Below are positions 27,010 through 36,482 of a stretch of DNA of 64,000 nt, one piece after another. Numbering within the stretch: position 1 is the first letter of the stretch; the number at the start of each line of letters is the position of its first letter. This DNA is from an uncultured Gammaproteobacteria bacterium (GTDB lineage: Bacteria; Patescibacteriota; Patescibacteriia; VMEV01; CAYQCH01): contig CAZDCG010000002.1 in assembly GCA_964503955.1 (NCBI GenBank), positions 141,047 through 205,046 of the forward strand, read 5' to 3'. Position numbers and translations under genes: made by a program. The notes beneath the pieces are model-generated. The model worked only from the letters and a program-made list of their open reading frames with translations. It did not search any database and was not told the origin of the DNA.

Positions 27010-27333
27010 ATGAGCAAAATTGCTGTCATCAAAACCGGAGGAAAGCAGTACAAAGTAAAAGAAAACGATGTACTCAAGATTGAAAAACTGAATGTGGAAG
27101 AAGGGAAAGACGTGTCTTTTGACCAGGTTCTGCTTGTGGCCGATGAAAACGGAACAAGCGCAACCGTTGGAACACCGCTTGTTGAGAAGGCAAAGGTTTC
27201 TGCGACCGTTGTTGAACAGGGAAGAGCGGAAAAGATCAACGTCATCAAATATAAGGCAAAAACCCGCTACGCGAAGAAATACGGCCATCGCCAGCCGTAC
27301 ACAAAGGTGAAGATCACCAAAATTGCGGCATAA
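27010..27333 (+). CDS. rplU: 50S ribosomal protein L21
   Basis: MSKIAVIKTGGKQYKVKENDVLKIEKL...NVIKYKAKTRYAKKYGHRQPYTKVKI. Confidence 0.9.
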   Translation: MSKIAVIKTGGKQYKVKENDVLKIEKLNVEEGKDVSFDQVLLVADENGTSATVGTPLVEKAKVSATVVEQGRAEKINVIKYKAKTRYAKKYGHRQPYTKVKITKIAA

Positions 27334-27628
27334 TCGTGCACGCATAAATCGGCTCCCGGTCCTCCCGGGAGCTTTTTCATTGCTGGGTTTGTCAAAGCAA
27401 GGGCTCTGGGCTATGCTTGCTCTGGGCGAACAGGAGGGGTTCATGAGCCCGGTTGAACCGTACGATGCGGGTGTGATCGTTTTCGGATTCGGTCTGGTAT
27501 TTCTCGGCTTCATCATTGTCGTGGTCTGTCCGGTCGCGATCAAGATCCTTCGGGAATGGTCGGACATAGACATTCACTACGGCAAGCCGCAGGCCCAGAT
27601 CAAGAGCGACACCTACAACTTCAAGTGA
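27323..27628 (+). CDS. Hypothetical small membrane protein (occupies the slot where rpmA/L27 usually sits)
   Basis: One hydrophobic helix (VIVFGFGLVFLGFIIVVVCPVAI). No L27 signature. Confidence 0.35.
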   Translation: MRHNRARINRLPVLPGAFSLLGLSKQGLWAMLALGEQEGFMSPVEPYDAGVIVFGFGLVFLGFIIVVVCPVAIKILREWSDIDIHYGKPQAQIKSDTYNFK

Positions 27629-27789
27629 GGTATGGCGTGCGAACGCTCTGCTTCAAGCTCCCATCATTGCCAAAGGAAGGCTCTCCTAAAGAAGATTGAG
27701 CCAAACCGCGCAGGATGGGAGCTTCGCTTTACCTTGACAGAAGCATGGCTCTGTCATAGTTTGAGACCGCCGAGAAAGGAGCAGGCTTC

Positions 27790-28095
27790 ATGGCTGTTGA
27801 AATGAAGACGCTGCTCACGATCGGGCAGCAAAATTACTTTCTTCGTGTTCTTTTTACGGTTCGCGATGATCTCAAGACCTCGGTCTGCTACCACTGCGAG
27901 GGAGAGAACGGCGCTCTGCTGCTGGCCACGGTTGAGGCCCTTTGGTTTGAAGGGCGCAGGCAGGAGCTAACCTCGGAAGCTTTTCAAATAGTGGACGAAG
28001 AATTGTACCGTCTTGGTTGGAGCTGGGTGCATATCTGCATCCACTGCTATGACGAGTGCATGGGGCGGATCAAACAGAAAGAGACGCTGCGCTAG
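27790..28095 (+). CDS. Hypothetical protein (Cys/His-rich C-terminus)
   Basis: ORF with CYHCEGENG ... HICIHCYDEC. Higher GC than its neighbours. Confidence 0.45.
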   Translation: MAVEMKTLLTIGQQNYFLRVLFTVRDDLKTSVCYHCEGENGALLLATVEALWFEGRRQELTSEAFQIVDEELYRLGWSWVHICIHCYDECMGRIKQKETLR

Positions 28096-28103
28096 GAGGA
28101 CGC

Positions 28104-28388
28104 ATGGAAATCCACCGCGATGGAAAGTTTTCCATTCCCGCCGAGGTTCGCACCGCCGGATCGACCTACCATTTGCGCGTACAACTTCGGCTTAACTCGC
28201 GATTGAGCGGGCAGTGCGCCAAGTGCTCGGAGATAGGCGTCGGCCAGATCCTGGTCGAATCATTCGCACCGGAGGGGAAAGCCCCCCGTTACCACACGGC
28301 GCAGAATATTCTCCGTACGCTGCGCGAGCGGTATTATCACCAGCAGATTCTTTGCCAGCTCTGTCTGGAGGTGATGCCATCAACCTGA
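28104..28388 (+). CDS. Hypothetical protein
   Basis: Strong RBS ctaggaggacgcATG. Cys pairs CAKC ... CQLC. Confidence 0.5.
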   Translation: MEIHRDGKFSIPAEVRTAGSTYHLRVQLRLNSRLSGQCAKCSEIGVGQILVESFAPEGKAPRYHTAQNILRTLRERYYHQQILCQLCLEVMPST

Positions 28389-28435
28389 AACAGGAGGACT
28401 CTCCCACAAGGCCACGGTTTTGTGGGAGTTGTCGT

Positions 28436-29035
28436 TTAAAGCTCGGTTCGGCCTTTAATCGCTTTTGCAAGTGTCACCTCGTCCGCATATTCCACCACAG
28501 ATCCCATTGGCAATCCCTGGGCCAGGCGTGAAAGTTTTACCGGGTGATGTTTGAATAATTTTTGCAAATAGAGAACAGTGGCCTCGCCTTCATAATCAGA
28601 GTCAAAGGCCAGAATAAGTTCGTTGACGCGTCCTTGCTCAACGCGGTCAGCCAGCTGCTTGATATTGAGCAAGTCCGGGGTAATCCCCTCAAGAGGATTG
28701 AGCGTCCCGCCAAGCACATGGTAAACGCCGCTAAACTCGCCGCTATGTTCAATGGCTGCTAAATCATGGTTTTCAGAAACAATACAAATGACCGAGGTGT
28801 CGCGCTCCGGATTTCTGCAGATTTCACAGAGTTCCTGCTGCGTGAAATTCTGGCAGATGCGGCAGAAACGGAGGGTATCATGCAATTCCAGCAATGCTTC
28901 GCTAAAACCCTTGAGGTATTCTTTCTGTTGTTTCAGCAGGAAAAAGACCAGTTTCTCAGCGGTTTTTGGGCCGATACCGGGAAGCCGGTCGAAATAGTCA
29001 ATGAGGGTTTTTATGGCATCAGGGAAGCGTAGCAT
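28436..29035 (-). CDS. recR: Recombination protein RecR
   Basis: RLPGIGPKTAEKLVFFLL (HhH), zinc finger CRICQNFTQQELCEIC, Toprim domain. Confidence 0.9.
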   Translation of the reverse strand: MLRFPDAIKTLIDYFDRLPGIGPKTAEKLVFFLLKQQKEYLKGFSEALLELHDTLRFCRICQNFTQQELCEICRNPERDTSVICIVSENHDLAAIEHSGEFSGVYHVLGGTLNPLEGITPDLLNIKQLADRVEQGRVNELILAFDSDYEGEATVLYLQKLFKHHPVKLSRLAQGLPMGSVVEYADEVTLAKAIKGRTEL

Positions 29036-29037
29036 AA

Positions 29038-29134
29038 AGAAACGTTACCAAATGCACCAAACGAGCCAAATGTTGCCAGATCCTGCAAAGAAGATTGTTT
29101 GGTAACATTTGTTCTATTCGGCTCGTTTGGCAAC
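29038..29134. repeat. About 95-bp imperfect palindromic element between ybaB and recR, of the CCAAACGAGCC family
   Basis: aaacgttaccaaatgcaccaaacgagccaaatgttgcc ... ggtaacatttgttctattcggctcgtttggcaacgcttt. The arms are reverse-complementary and share modules with 12371..12470. Confidence 0.55.
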
Positions 29135-29137
29135 GCT

Positions 29138-29434
29138 TTAAGACAAGCCGGGTAAATCAAAATCACCCATTTTCTGAAGCTTCATTGCCATGGCTTTTTG
29201 CGCCTTCTTGATGGTTTCATTGATGGCATCGGCAATAGCTTGTTCAAGCTTGGTTTTGTTCTCCAGGGCATTGTCTGAAATCATCACCGCATGCACTTTC
29301 TGGTTGCCGTCCATTTTAATCGTCACGCCGCCTGAGGTGTGCTCGATCATTTCTTCAGCCAGTTTTGACTGGATTTCTTTTGCTTTGTCTCGGAGGTCTT
29401 TGATCTGCTTCAATTTATTGAACATAATCCTCAT
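29138..29434 (-). CDS. ybaB: Nucleoid-associated protein YbaB/EbfC
   Basis: MFNKLKQIKDLRDKAKEIQSKLAEEMIEHTSGGVTIKMDGNQKVHAVMISD. Confidence 0.9.
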   Translation of the reverse strand: MRIMFNKLKQIKDLRDKAKEIQSKLAEEMIEHTSGGVTIKMDGNQKVHAVMISDNALENKTKLEQAIADAINETIKKAQKAMAMKLQKMGDFDLPGLS

Positions 29435-29512
29435 GTTAACGAGTTAACGTGTTAAAGCGTTAACGGGCTGGGTTGCAACTCGTTAACGCGTGAACTCGTT
29501 AGCACATTAACT
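29435..29512. repeat. GTTAACGN octamer tandem array filling the dnaB-ybaB intergenic region and abutting the ybaB start codon
   Basis: gttaacga gttaacgt gttaaagc gttaacgg ... gttaacgc gtgaactc gttagcac attaacta. Confidence 0.6.
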
Positions 29513-30923
29513 AAAATTTCGGCAGATCAATCGCTGGTCCTGCTGCAGGCGGCAGAGGAGGTGGAGCAGGAGCTTCAAGGTGGCGCTTTTCAAGATTGCG
29601 GAAGCTAACGCGTGCGCCGTCGAAAAACACCTTTACCACGCCGGTCGGACCGTTTCGATGCTTGGACACGTGGATTTCACCAAGATTCTTTTCTTCTGGT
29701 GTAAGCTCTTCAGGGCGGTAATTGCGGTCGGCCGCTTTGCGGTAAATGAACATCACAATATCCGCGTCTTGTTCAATGGAACCTGATTCACGCAAATGAG
29801 AAAGCTTTGGAATAGCCGGCTTTGTCTGCTCCACGGCGCGGGAGAGCTGGGATAGGGCGATAATAGGAATATTCAGCTCGCGGGCGATTTGCTTGAGCGC
29901 GCGGCTGATTTCAGAGATTTCCTGCGTACGGTTCTCTTTGCTGCGGCCTTCCATAAGCTGCAGGTAATCGACAATCAGCAATCCAAGGCCATGCTCAGTT
30001 TGCAGGCGTCGAGCCTTCGTGCGGATTTCCATGATATTGGCCGAAGCATTGTCGTCGATAAAGATCGGCGCCTCAGAGAGGATTCCCATGGCATTGCCAA
30101 GCCTCGGGAAGTCGTCCGAATCCGGGCGGTCTGAAAGTTTGCCGGTGCGCATGCGCCACAGATCAATGCCCGCCTCAGAGCAGAGAAGGCGGTCTACCAA
30201 TTGTTCCTTACTCATTTCAAGGCTGAAAATTCCAACAGGTATTTTTTCTTTTACCGCGATATGGCGGGCAAAATCGAGCGCGATGGTTGTTTTTCCAACG
30301 GAAGGGCGGGCGGCAAGGATAATAAGATCGGATTTTTGAAAACCGGCCAGCAGGTTATCAAGGTCTTTAAACCCGGTTGGCACGCCGCGAACCTTGCCGC
30401 CTTCGCGGTGCAGCAAGTCGATCCGTTCAAAAGCTTCATGGAGAATCTCCTTTACGGGAGAAAAGTTTTGCTTAAGGTAGTTTTGTGAAACCGCGAAAAT
30501 GGATTGTTCCGCTTTATCGAGCAATTCGTCAACATCGCCGTCTTCCTGGAAGGAGAGCTCGCTGATTTCGGCTGCCGCGGCTTGCAGGCGGCGCAGGCTT
30601 GCTTTCTTCTGGATAATATCTGCGTAGTGTTTGACATGCCCGGAAGAGGGGACCATGCCCGCCAGCCCCGAAAGAAAAGCGCGCCCGCCGATTTTTTCCA
30701 GCTTTCCTCGTTCCTCCAATTTGTTTGAGAGGGTAAGCAGGTCGATGGGTTCCTGGTCAGCGTAAAGGTCAAGCATGGCTTCATAGACTTCGCCATGCTG
30801 GGGCCGGTAAAAGTCTTCCGAGCGCAAAGAATCGGCAACTTTAATCATCGCGTTTTTGTCGATAAGCAAAGCGCCCAAAATGGATTCTTCGGCTTCCAGA
30901 TTATGTGGGGGAACACGGTTCAT
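29511..30923 (-). CDS. dnaB: Replicative DNA helicase DnaB
   Basis: N-terminal MNRVPPHNLEAEESILGALLID; Walker A GARPSVGKTT; RecA-like core. Confidence 0.9.
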   Translation of the reverse strand: MNRVPPHNLEAEESILGALLIDKNAMIKVADSLRSEDFYRPQHGEVYEAMLDLYADQEPIDLLTLSNKLEERGKLEKIGGRAFLSGLAGMVPSSGHVKHYADIIQKKASLRRLQAAAAEISELSFQEDGDVDELLDKAEQSIFAVSQNYLKQNFSPVKEILHEAFERIDLLHREGGKVRGVPTGFKDLDNLLAGFQKSDLIILAARPSVGKTTIALDFARHIAVKEKIPVGIFSLEMSKEQLVDRLLCSEAGIDLWRMRTGKLSDRPDSDDFPRLGNAMGILSEAPIFIDDNASANIMEIRTKARRLQTEHGLGLLIVDYLQLMEGRSKENRTQEISEISRALKQIARELNIPIIALSQLSRAVEQTKPAIPKLSHLRESGSIEQDADIVMFIYRKAADRNYRPEELTPEEKNLGEIHVSKHRNGPTGVVKVFFDGARVSFRNLEKRHLEAPAPPPLPPAAGPAIDLPKF

Positions 30924-31096
30924 AAGTTCGTAAACGGCCCAAATGTACCAGATGGTATCAAACGTTGCCAGACAGTGATTGGATCGTTATTTTAGCGCAA
31001 TGGCAAGAGGAATTCAATGCTGATATTGATCACAGGAAATGCACAATTTTACGTAGCGACGTAATGCATTACGCCGCTATGTATTGGAATTCTGCT

Positions 31097-31159
31097 TGTT
31101 CCATGCAAAAAGCCTTCAACGTTGTGAAGGCTTCTTACATGGTGGGTCGGCTGGGGATC
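31097..31159. repeat. 63-bp direct repeat copy 1: a partial tRNA-Lys 3' end (22 nt) plus its terminator hairpin. It is duplicated 196 bp from the intact copy at 31293..31355.
   Basis: tgttccatgcaaaaagccttcaacgttgtgaaggcttcttacatggtgggtcggctggggatc occurs twice. Copy 2 continues into the full tRNA. The hairpin aagccttca/tgaaggctt is the tRNA terminator on the minus strand. Confidence 0.7.
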
Positions 31160-31336
31160 TCACGCGCCCTGGCGGGTTTTCCATAGGGCTTCCGCCCTCT
31201 GGCGCTCCTCATTTCATTCGTCGCTGTCACCCCGAATCTGGGGGAATGCTTCCCCCAACACCCCCTGGTTCGATCTCTGGAGGGATGATGCCTGTTCCAT
31301 GCAAAAAGCCTTCAACGTTGTGAAGGCTTCTTACAT

Positions 31337-31411
31337 GGTGGGTCGGCTGGGGATCGAACCCAGGACCATCAGCTTAAAAGGCTGCTGCTCTACCGACTGA
31401 GCTACCGACCC
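31337..31411 (-). tRNA. tRNA-Lys(UUU)
   Basis: Minus-strand sequence gggtcggtagctcagtcggtagagcagcagccttttaagctgatggtcctgggttcgatccccagccgacccacca. Anticodon loop cUUUUaa. T-loop GGTTCGATC. CCA is encoded. Confidence 0.85.
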
Positions 31412-31642
31412 TTGATGAAACCATATCTTCAGCACATTGCTTTATCTGAGGCAGGAACTTCTGCTTTTCGCGCAAGATGCATGATAGGCGATTTGGAGGA
31501 GAAAGAATCAGTCAAAAAAACGACGCTATGCTGGAGAAGCAAAGCGTGTATATACGGTAACAAAAAAAGCCTTCTTTTGCAAGCTCGGCTGCGCCGGCGG
31601 GACATTCATGTATAATGCCTCTTAACAGGAAAAGGAGGATTT

Positions 31643-31873
31643 GTGAGCATTGTTTTTGATCGCATGCATGTGGTCCTTCATCTGCTGTTTACTAAGCCGC
31701 TGACGGCAGACATGCTCATTCATCGCGGCGTTGAGGGTGCGGAACTGTCTTTGCTGCTTGATCGCATGGAGGGGGAACAGCTCATCCGTTCATTTCCGCA
31801 GCAAGGAGAAATCTTCTGGACGCTGACAAGAACCGGCCGGGCAATTGTCCATGGCCTGCAGGTACCATACTGA
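31643..31873 (+). CDS. Small hypothetical protein (possible winged-helix regulator)
   Basis: RBS acaggaaaaggaggatttGTG/ATG. 76 aa. Confidence 0.4.
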   Translation: MSIVFDRMHVVLHLLFTKPLTADMLIHRGVEGAELSLLLDRMEGEQLIRSFPQQGEIFWTLTRTGRAIVHGLQVPY

Positions 31874-31945
31874 GGGAGGCGGTGTGGTACTTTTCGTTTG
31901 CAAAGATCAAATATGATCTGGACCATGTGCTACAATAAAAAAGCT

Positions 31946-34654
31946 ATGTCCGAACAGAATAAACAAAAATGGTATCAGCTCGATACCGAGGATGTGCTTG
32001 AGCGGCTTGGATCCCGTCTTGAGGGTTTGTCTTCGGCCGAGGTAGAGGAACGAAGGCAGGTACATGGATTTAATATGCTGCCTGAGCAGCCGCCGGTTCC
32101 CTTGATCAAGCTGCTTGCCAACCAGGTGAAAAGCCCTCTGGTGTATATTTTGCTGGTTGCAGCTGCAATCAGTTTATTTGTCGGAGAAATGGTGGATGTG
32201 ATTGTTATTTTAGCTGCGGTCATTTTGAACACGGTTATCGGGCTTTGGCAGGAATATAAGGCGGACAGAGCTATTCACCGCCTACGAGCTCTTGTGCAGC
32301 ATCAAGTGACGGTTCTGCGCGATGGCAGGGAGCAGCGCATTTTGGCAAAACAGCTGGTTCCAGGCGATATTCTGCTTTTTGAAGCAGGCGATAAAATCAG
32401 CGCCGATGGAAGGATTCTTGAGGAAAAGAATTTGAAAATGAACGAAGCCAGTCTGACGGGAGAATCATTTCCTGTTGATAAATCCGTCAATTCTTTGCCT
32501 TCGGAGCATAGCGTGGGAGACCGGGCAAATATGGTGCATACCGGAACGACGGTGGCATCGGGCAGGGGAATGGCTATTGTGACGAAAACAGGCTTGAACA
32601 CGGAAATTGGACAAATCGCTTCTCTTGTTAAAGATACGATTGATGAGAAGACTCCTTTGCAGATCCAGCTCCTCAATGTTTCTAAATTGCTTACGATCAC
32701 GGTATTGATTGCCGCTGGGATCGTATTTTTGATTGAACTGTTTAGCGGGCTTGAATTGGCTGAGATTTTAGTCACAACCGCGGCTTTGGCGGTCGCAGCG
32801 ATTCCTGAGAGTCTTTTGGTTGCCATGACCCTGGTTCTGGTTGTTGGTATGCAGCGCATTCTGAAGCGGCGAGCGCTTGTTCGCAAGCTGATCGCCGCGG
32901 AAACCCTTGGCTCTGTATCAATCGTGTGTTCAGACAAAACAGGTACGATTACTGAAGGGAAAATGGCGGTTGATCAGCTGCTTGTTGGGGGGAAATTACA
33001 TGACATGAAAGCCGGGCATGGGCATTTGTCTGCCGAAGATGAAGCCCATCATCTCCTGGCGATTAAGACCATGGCCTTATGCAATAATGCGTATATCAAG
33101 AATCCTGAAGACAAGCTTAAGGAATGGGAGATCATCGGTGATTCCACGGATGTCGCTCTGCTTATTGCCGCCGAACAAGCGGGGTTTGAAAAAGAAAAAT
33201 TGCTCCAGGTGTACAGAAGAGTCGGTGAAGTGCCATTCGACGAGGTCTATAAATTCCAGGCTACCCTCTATGAAAAACCAGAAGGCGGTTCCCAGCTTTT
33301 CGTCAAAGGAGCGCCGGAAAATGTGTTATCCATGTGCAATCGTTTTTTGCGTGCAGGCAGGCGATTTTCTATTGATGAGAGACGCAGAAAAGAGCTGCTT
33401 GAAGAATATGAATCCATGACAAGAAAAGGGTTGCGCGTTCTTGCCCTGGCTACGTCCGAGTATCAGAAAAAAACCGCAGTCCGCATGGAGGATTTGCTTG
33501 CCGAATCGAATCCTCCCGCATTTGATGACCTGGTTTTCATCGGCTGGGTGGGGCTGAAAGATCCGGTTCGTTCTGATGCCGCTGAGGCGTTTCAAACCAT
33601 GCGCGGAGCCGGAATCCGCACTGTTATCATCACGGGAGACCATAAATATACGGTGCAGGCCATTGTGCGCGAGCTTGGTATGACGGTCCCGGATGAACGG
33701 ATCCTTACCGGCAGAGCTATTGAAACCATGTCGGACGATGAACTTGAGGCCCGAGTGCAAAGCATTGATATTTTCGCCCGCGTGGAGCCAAAGCATAAAT
33801 TGAGAATCGTGCAGGCGTGGAGAAAACAAGGAGAGGTCGTGGCCATGCTTGGCGACGGTGTGAATGATGCTCCTGCGCTTAAAGCCGCGGACATAGGGAT
33901 TGCCGTGGGGGATGCCACGGACGTCGCGAAAGAAACCTCGGACATGATCCTGCTCAATGGAAATTTTTCTGTCATTGAAGCGGCCATTCGCGAAGGGCGC
34001 GTCATGTTCGACAATATCCGCAAAATTTTTCTGTATCTGATGTCTGATAGTTTCACCGAAATCATTTTAATAACCTTGGCTCTGCTTCTTGGCTATCCGC
34101 TGCCTTTGGTAGCCGTGCAAATTCTTTGGATCAATTTGATCTCAGACGGCCTTCCAAACCTCGCTTTGACGCTTGAACCGGCTGAACGCGATGTGATGAG
34201 CTATCCGCCGCGAAGAAAAGAGGAGCGCATCGTCAACAAAGAAATCTTGTTCATGATCGGGCTGATCACTGCCATGGCGGTCACGGCTGCTCTGAGTCTC
34301 TTCATCCTTTACTTAGCAAAAACAGGCGATCTTCTTTATGCAAGGACCATGGTATTCTGCATGTTCGCGGTGGACTCGATTATCTACGTATTCAGCATCA
34401 AAACACTCCGCCAGCCGATCTGGAAAAGCAACCTCCTTTCTAACAAGCTTCTTCTGGCGGCTGTCGGCTTCTCATTGTCAGCACAAATCTTCTTTGTGCA
34501 AACGCCTGTGCTTGGCAATTTCTTGAAAACCATTCCGCTGCGATGGGAAGACTGGGCGCTGATCTTCGCAATCGGCTTAACGGAATTGATGGTCCGCGAA
34601 ATCGTCAAATGGCTTTACTGGCATAATCGTACGCGCCGCGCGCAATTTGCTTGA
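31946..34654 (+). CDS. Cation-transporting P-type ATPase (P2-type, Ca2+/Mg2+-like)
   Basis: CSDKTGTITEG phosphorylation motif, TGES-equivalent SLTGES, MLGDGVNDAPALKAADIGIAVG hinge, 10 TM. Confidence 0.9.
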   Translation: MSEQNKQKWYQLDTEDVLERLGSRLEGLSSAEVEERRQVHGFNMLPEQPPVPLIKLLANQVKSPLVYILLVAAAISLFVGEMVDVIVILAAVILNTVIGLWQEYKADRAIHRLRALVQHQVTVLRDGREQRILAKQLVPGDILLFEAGDKISADGRILEEKNLKMNEASLTGESFPVDKSVNSLPSEHSVGDRANMVHTGTTVASGRGMAIVTKTGLNTEIGQIASLVKDTIDEKTPLQIQLLNVSKLLTITVLIAAGIVFLIELFSGLELAEILVTTAALAVAAIPESLLVAMTLVLVVGMQRILKRRALVRKLIAAETLGSVSIVCSDKTGTITEGKMAVDQLLVGGKLHDMKAGHGHLSAEDEAHHLLAIKTMALCNNAYIKNPEDKLKEWEIIGDSTDVALLIAAEQAGFEKEKLLQVYRRVGEVPFDEVYKFQATLYEKPEGGSQLFVKGAPENVLSMCNRFLRAGRRFSIDERRRKELLEEYESMTRKGLRVLALATSEYQKKTAVRMEDLLAESNPPAFDDLVFIGWVGLKDPVRSDAAEAFQTMRGAGIRTVIITGDHKYTVQAIVRELGMTVPDERILTGRAIETMSDDELEARVQSIDIFARVEPKHKLRIVQAWRKQGEVVAMLGDGVNDAPALKAADIGIAVGDATDVAKETSDMILLNGNFSVIEAAIREGRVMFDNIRKIFLYLMSDSFTEIILITLALLLGYPLPLVAVQILWINLISDGLPNLALTLEPAERDVMSYPPRRKEERIVNKEILFMIGLITAMAVTAALSLFILYLAKTGDLLYARTMVFCMFAVDSIIYVFSIKTLRQPIWKSNLLSNKLLLAAVGFSLSAQIFFVQTPVLGNFLKTIPLRWEDWALIFAIGLTELMVREIVKWLYWHNRTRRAQFA

Positions 34655-34656
34655 GT

Positions 34657-35673
34657 ATGGCACTGATTTCAAAAAAATTGATGGAGGTAACGGCCTTGTT
34701 TCCGTTGAATACTGCCGGGCATGACATGATTACGGATATTCCGGTTTTTGAAATCCACTCCAAAGCCGGTGAAGTAAAGGAATATATTTTGGATAAGGCC
34801 AGGAATTACCGAACATTGAATTATGTGTATATCGTGGATGGAGAAGGCCGGCTTGCGGGCGTGCTTTCGATGAAGGAATTGCTTCAGGCGAAATCCAGCT
34901 CCTCTGTGCGCTCAATCATGCAAACGGACCTGGTTTCCGTCACCCCGCTTGATACGATCGCCCGCGTTGCTCTTTTGGCTCTCAAGCATAATGTGAAGAT
35001 GCTTCCGATCGTGGATCATAAAAACCATCTGCTTGGGGCATTTGGGACCGATCAGATTCTTGAAATTCTCAACAAAGAATTCAGCAATGACCTCCTGCGC
35101 CTCTCCGGTGTGACGGTTCCGAAAAAACATTTTTCCTTCCATCGCTGGAAAATCGTGTCGTCCCGGCTTCCATGGATGCTTGTGGGCATGTTCGGAGGGC
35201 TTGCGACAGGGATGATCATCAATGCGTTCAAATCCTCGATTCAGGCCATTATTCTGCTTGCCGTTTTTATCCCTGTCATTATGAGCACGGGAGCAACCTC
35301 AGCCAATCAGTCAGCCATGATTTTCATCCGAAATCTGTTCCATGGAGATATTCATCATCGGACACGCTATCTGCTCAATGAGTTGAAAGTCTCCGGTTTG
35401 CTCGGCCTCATTCTTGGCAGCATGTTATTTCTGCTATTGCTTATCTATCCGGGAGATTACGCCTTATCATTTGCCGTAAGCCTTTCTCTTTCCTTGACCA
35501 TTGTGGCAGGGGCGATTATCGGGGTTCTTACCCCCATGGCATTAAATCGTTTAAAGCTTGATCCATCAATCGGGGCGGGGCCATTTCTGACCATTATCAA
35601 GGATCTGATTGCCATGTCCATTTACTTTGCCGTATCCACGCTCCTGCTATCGCTCTTCGATGTCATTGTATGA
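34657..35673 (+). CDS. mgtE: Magnesium transporter MgtE (short form: CBS pair plus TM domain)
   Basis: CBS-like VYIVDGEGRLAGVLSMKELL / LPIVDHKNHLLGAFGTDQILE. Five C-terminal TM helices. Confidence 0.75.
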   Translation: MALISKKLMEVTALFPLNTAGHDMITDIPVFEIHSKAGEVKEYILDKARNYRTLNYVYIVDGEGRLAGVLSMKELLQAKSSSSVRSIMQTDLVSVTPLDTIARVALLALKHNVKMLPIVDHKNHLLGAFGTDQILEILNKEFSNDLLRLSGVTVPKKHFSFHRWKIVSSRLPWMLVGMFGGLATGMIINAFKSSIQAIILLAVFIPVIMSTGATSANQSAMIFIRNLFHGDIHHRTRYLLNELKVSGLLGLILGSMLFLLLLIYPGDYALSFAVSLSLSLTIVAGAIIGVLTPMALNRLKLDPSIGAGPFLTIIKDLIAMSIYFAVSTLLLSLFDVIV

Positions 35674-36335
35674 AACGCTTTACGCTCAACAAACTTGGGA
35701 GGCTGGCCGGCAAGGATTTGGCCCAGGTCGTAGCGCTGCTCAGGCGGGGAGAAGCCGTGGTGCTGCCAACTGATACAAGCTATGGTTTGGCCGTGCGGGT
35801 TGATCGGCCGGGCGCACTAAAGAACGCCTTTTCTCTGAAAGGGAGAGCGCGAGCAAAAACCGTATCCATGGCAGTGCGCAGCAAAGCGCAGGCGAATGCG
35901 TATGGCCGCTTCTCAAAAGAGGTTGAGACACTCTGGAAAACGTTTCTTCCCGGACCGTTAACATTGGTACTGCCGTCACGCAAACGCCGTTTTCCCTATG
36001 TGCGAAGGGAAGACGGTACCATCGCGATCCGATATCTGCCCACGCCTTGTGTAAAACAAATCCTCACAAAATTGCCTGTACCGATCTCCATTACCTCCGC
36101 GAACAAATCTGGTATGCAGGACATTTACTCGCATGAGCAATTCCTCAGACAGTATCAACGTGGTAAGCTACCTGCAGCATTTGTGGATGCCGGCCGGCTG
36201 CCAAAGCGCAACCCCTCCACCGTGGTTGCCGTCGCGGGCGGTCGAGTTCAGGTCCTGCGCAAAGGACCGGTCAGCGAGACAGAGATCAACAGAATGCTGC
36301 GAAATTTAACATCTGAAGAAAAGCTCAGAAACTGA
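35670..36335 (+). CDS. tsaC: L-threonylcarbamoyladenylate synthase (TsaC/YrdC/Sua5 family)
   Basis: VLPTDTSYGLAV ... ITSANKSG. Confidence 0.85.
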   Translation: MKRFTLNKLGRLAGKDLAQVVALLRRGEAVVLPTDTSYGLAVRVDRPGALKNAFSLKGRARAKTVSMAVRSKAQANAYGRFSKEVETLWKTFLPGPLTLVLPSRKRRFPYVRREDGTIAIRYLPTPCVKQILTKLPVPISITSANKSGMQDIYSHEQFLRQYQRGKLPAAFVDAGRLPKRNPSTVVAVAGGRVQVLRKGPVSETEINRMLRNLTSEEKLRN

Positions 36336-36482
36336 AAAATGGAAACGCCTGCTTTCACAGCAAACCCTCAAAATCAAAAAAGATAAAAAGCGAAGAAATG
36401 GAAAACCGATGCACAATCAAATCATCTTTTCACCTTTTTCGCTTTTCAGCTTTTTAAGTTCTTGCGTTTTCCGAATCATTGT

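Noticed and set aside
26920-27573. Minus-strand 217-aa ORF spanning rplU
   Set aside because: It is antisense to an unmistakable ribosomal protein L21 gene.
31255-31290. tRNA pseudogene or tmRNA fragment suggested by a ggttcgatc T-loop-like motif
   Set aside because: The flanking sequence does not form a T-stem, acceptor stem or anticodon arm. There is no tmRNA tag-ORF context.
31160-31292. Integrated genomic island between the tRNA-Lys direct repeats
   Set aside because: Only about 130 bp lies between the repeats and it has no ORF, so it is at most a scar or remnant. It is reported as such rather than as an island.
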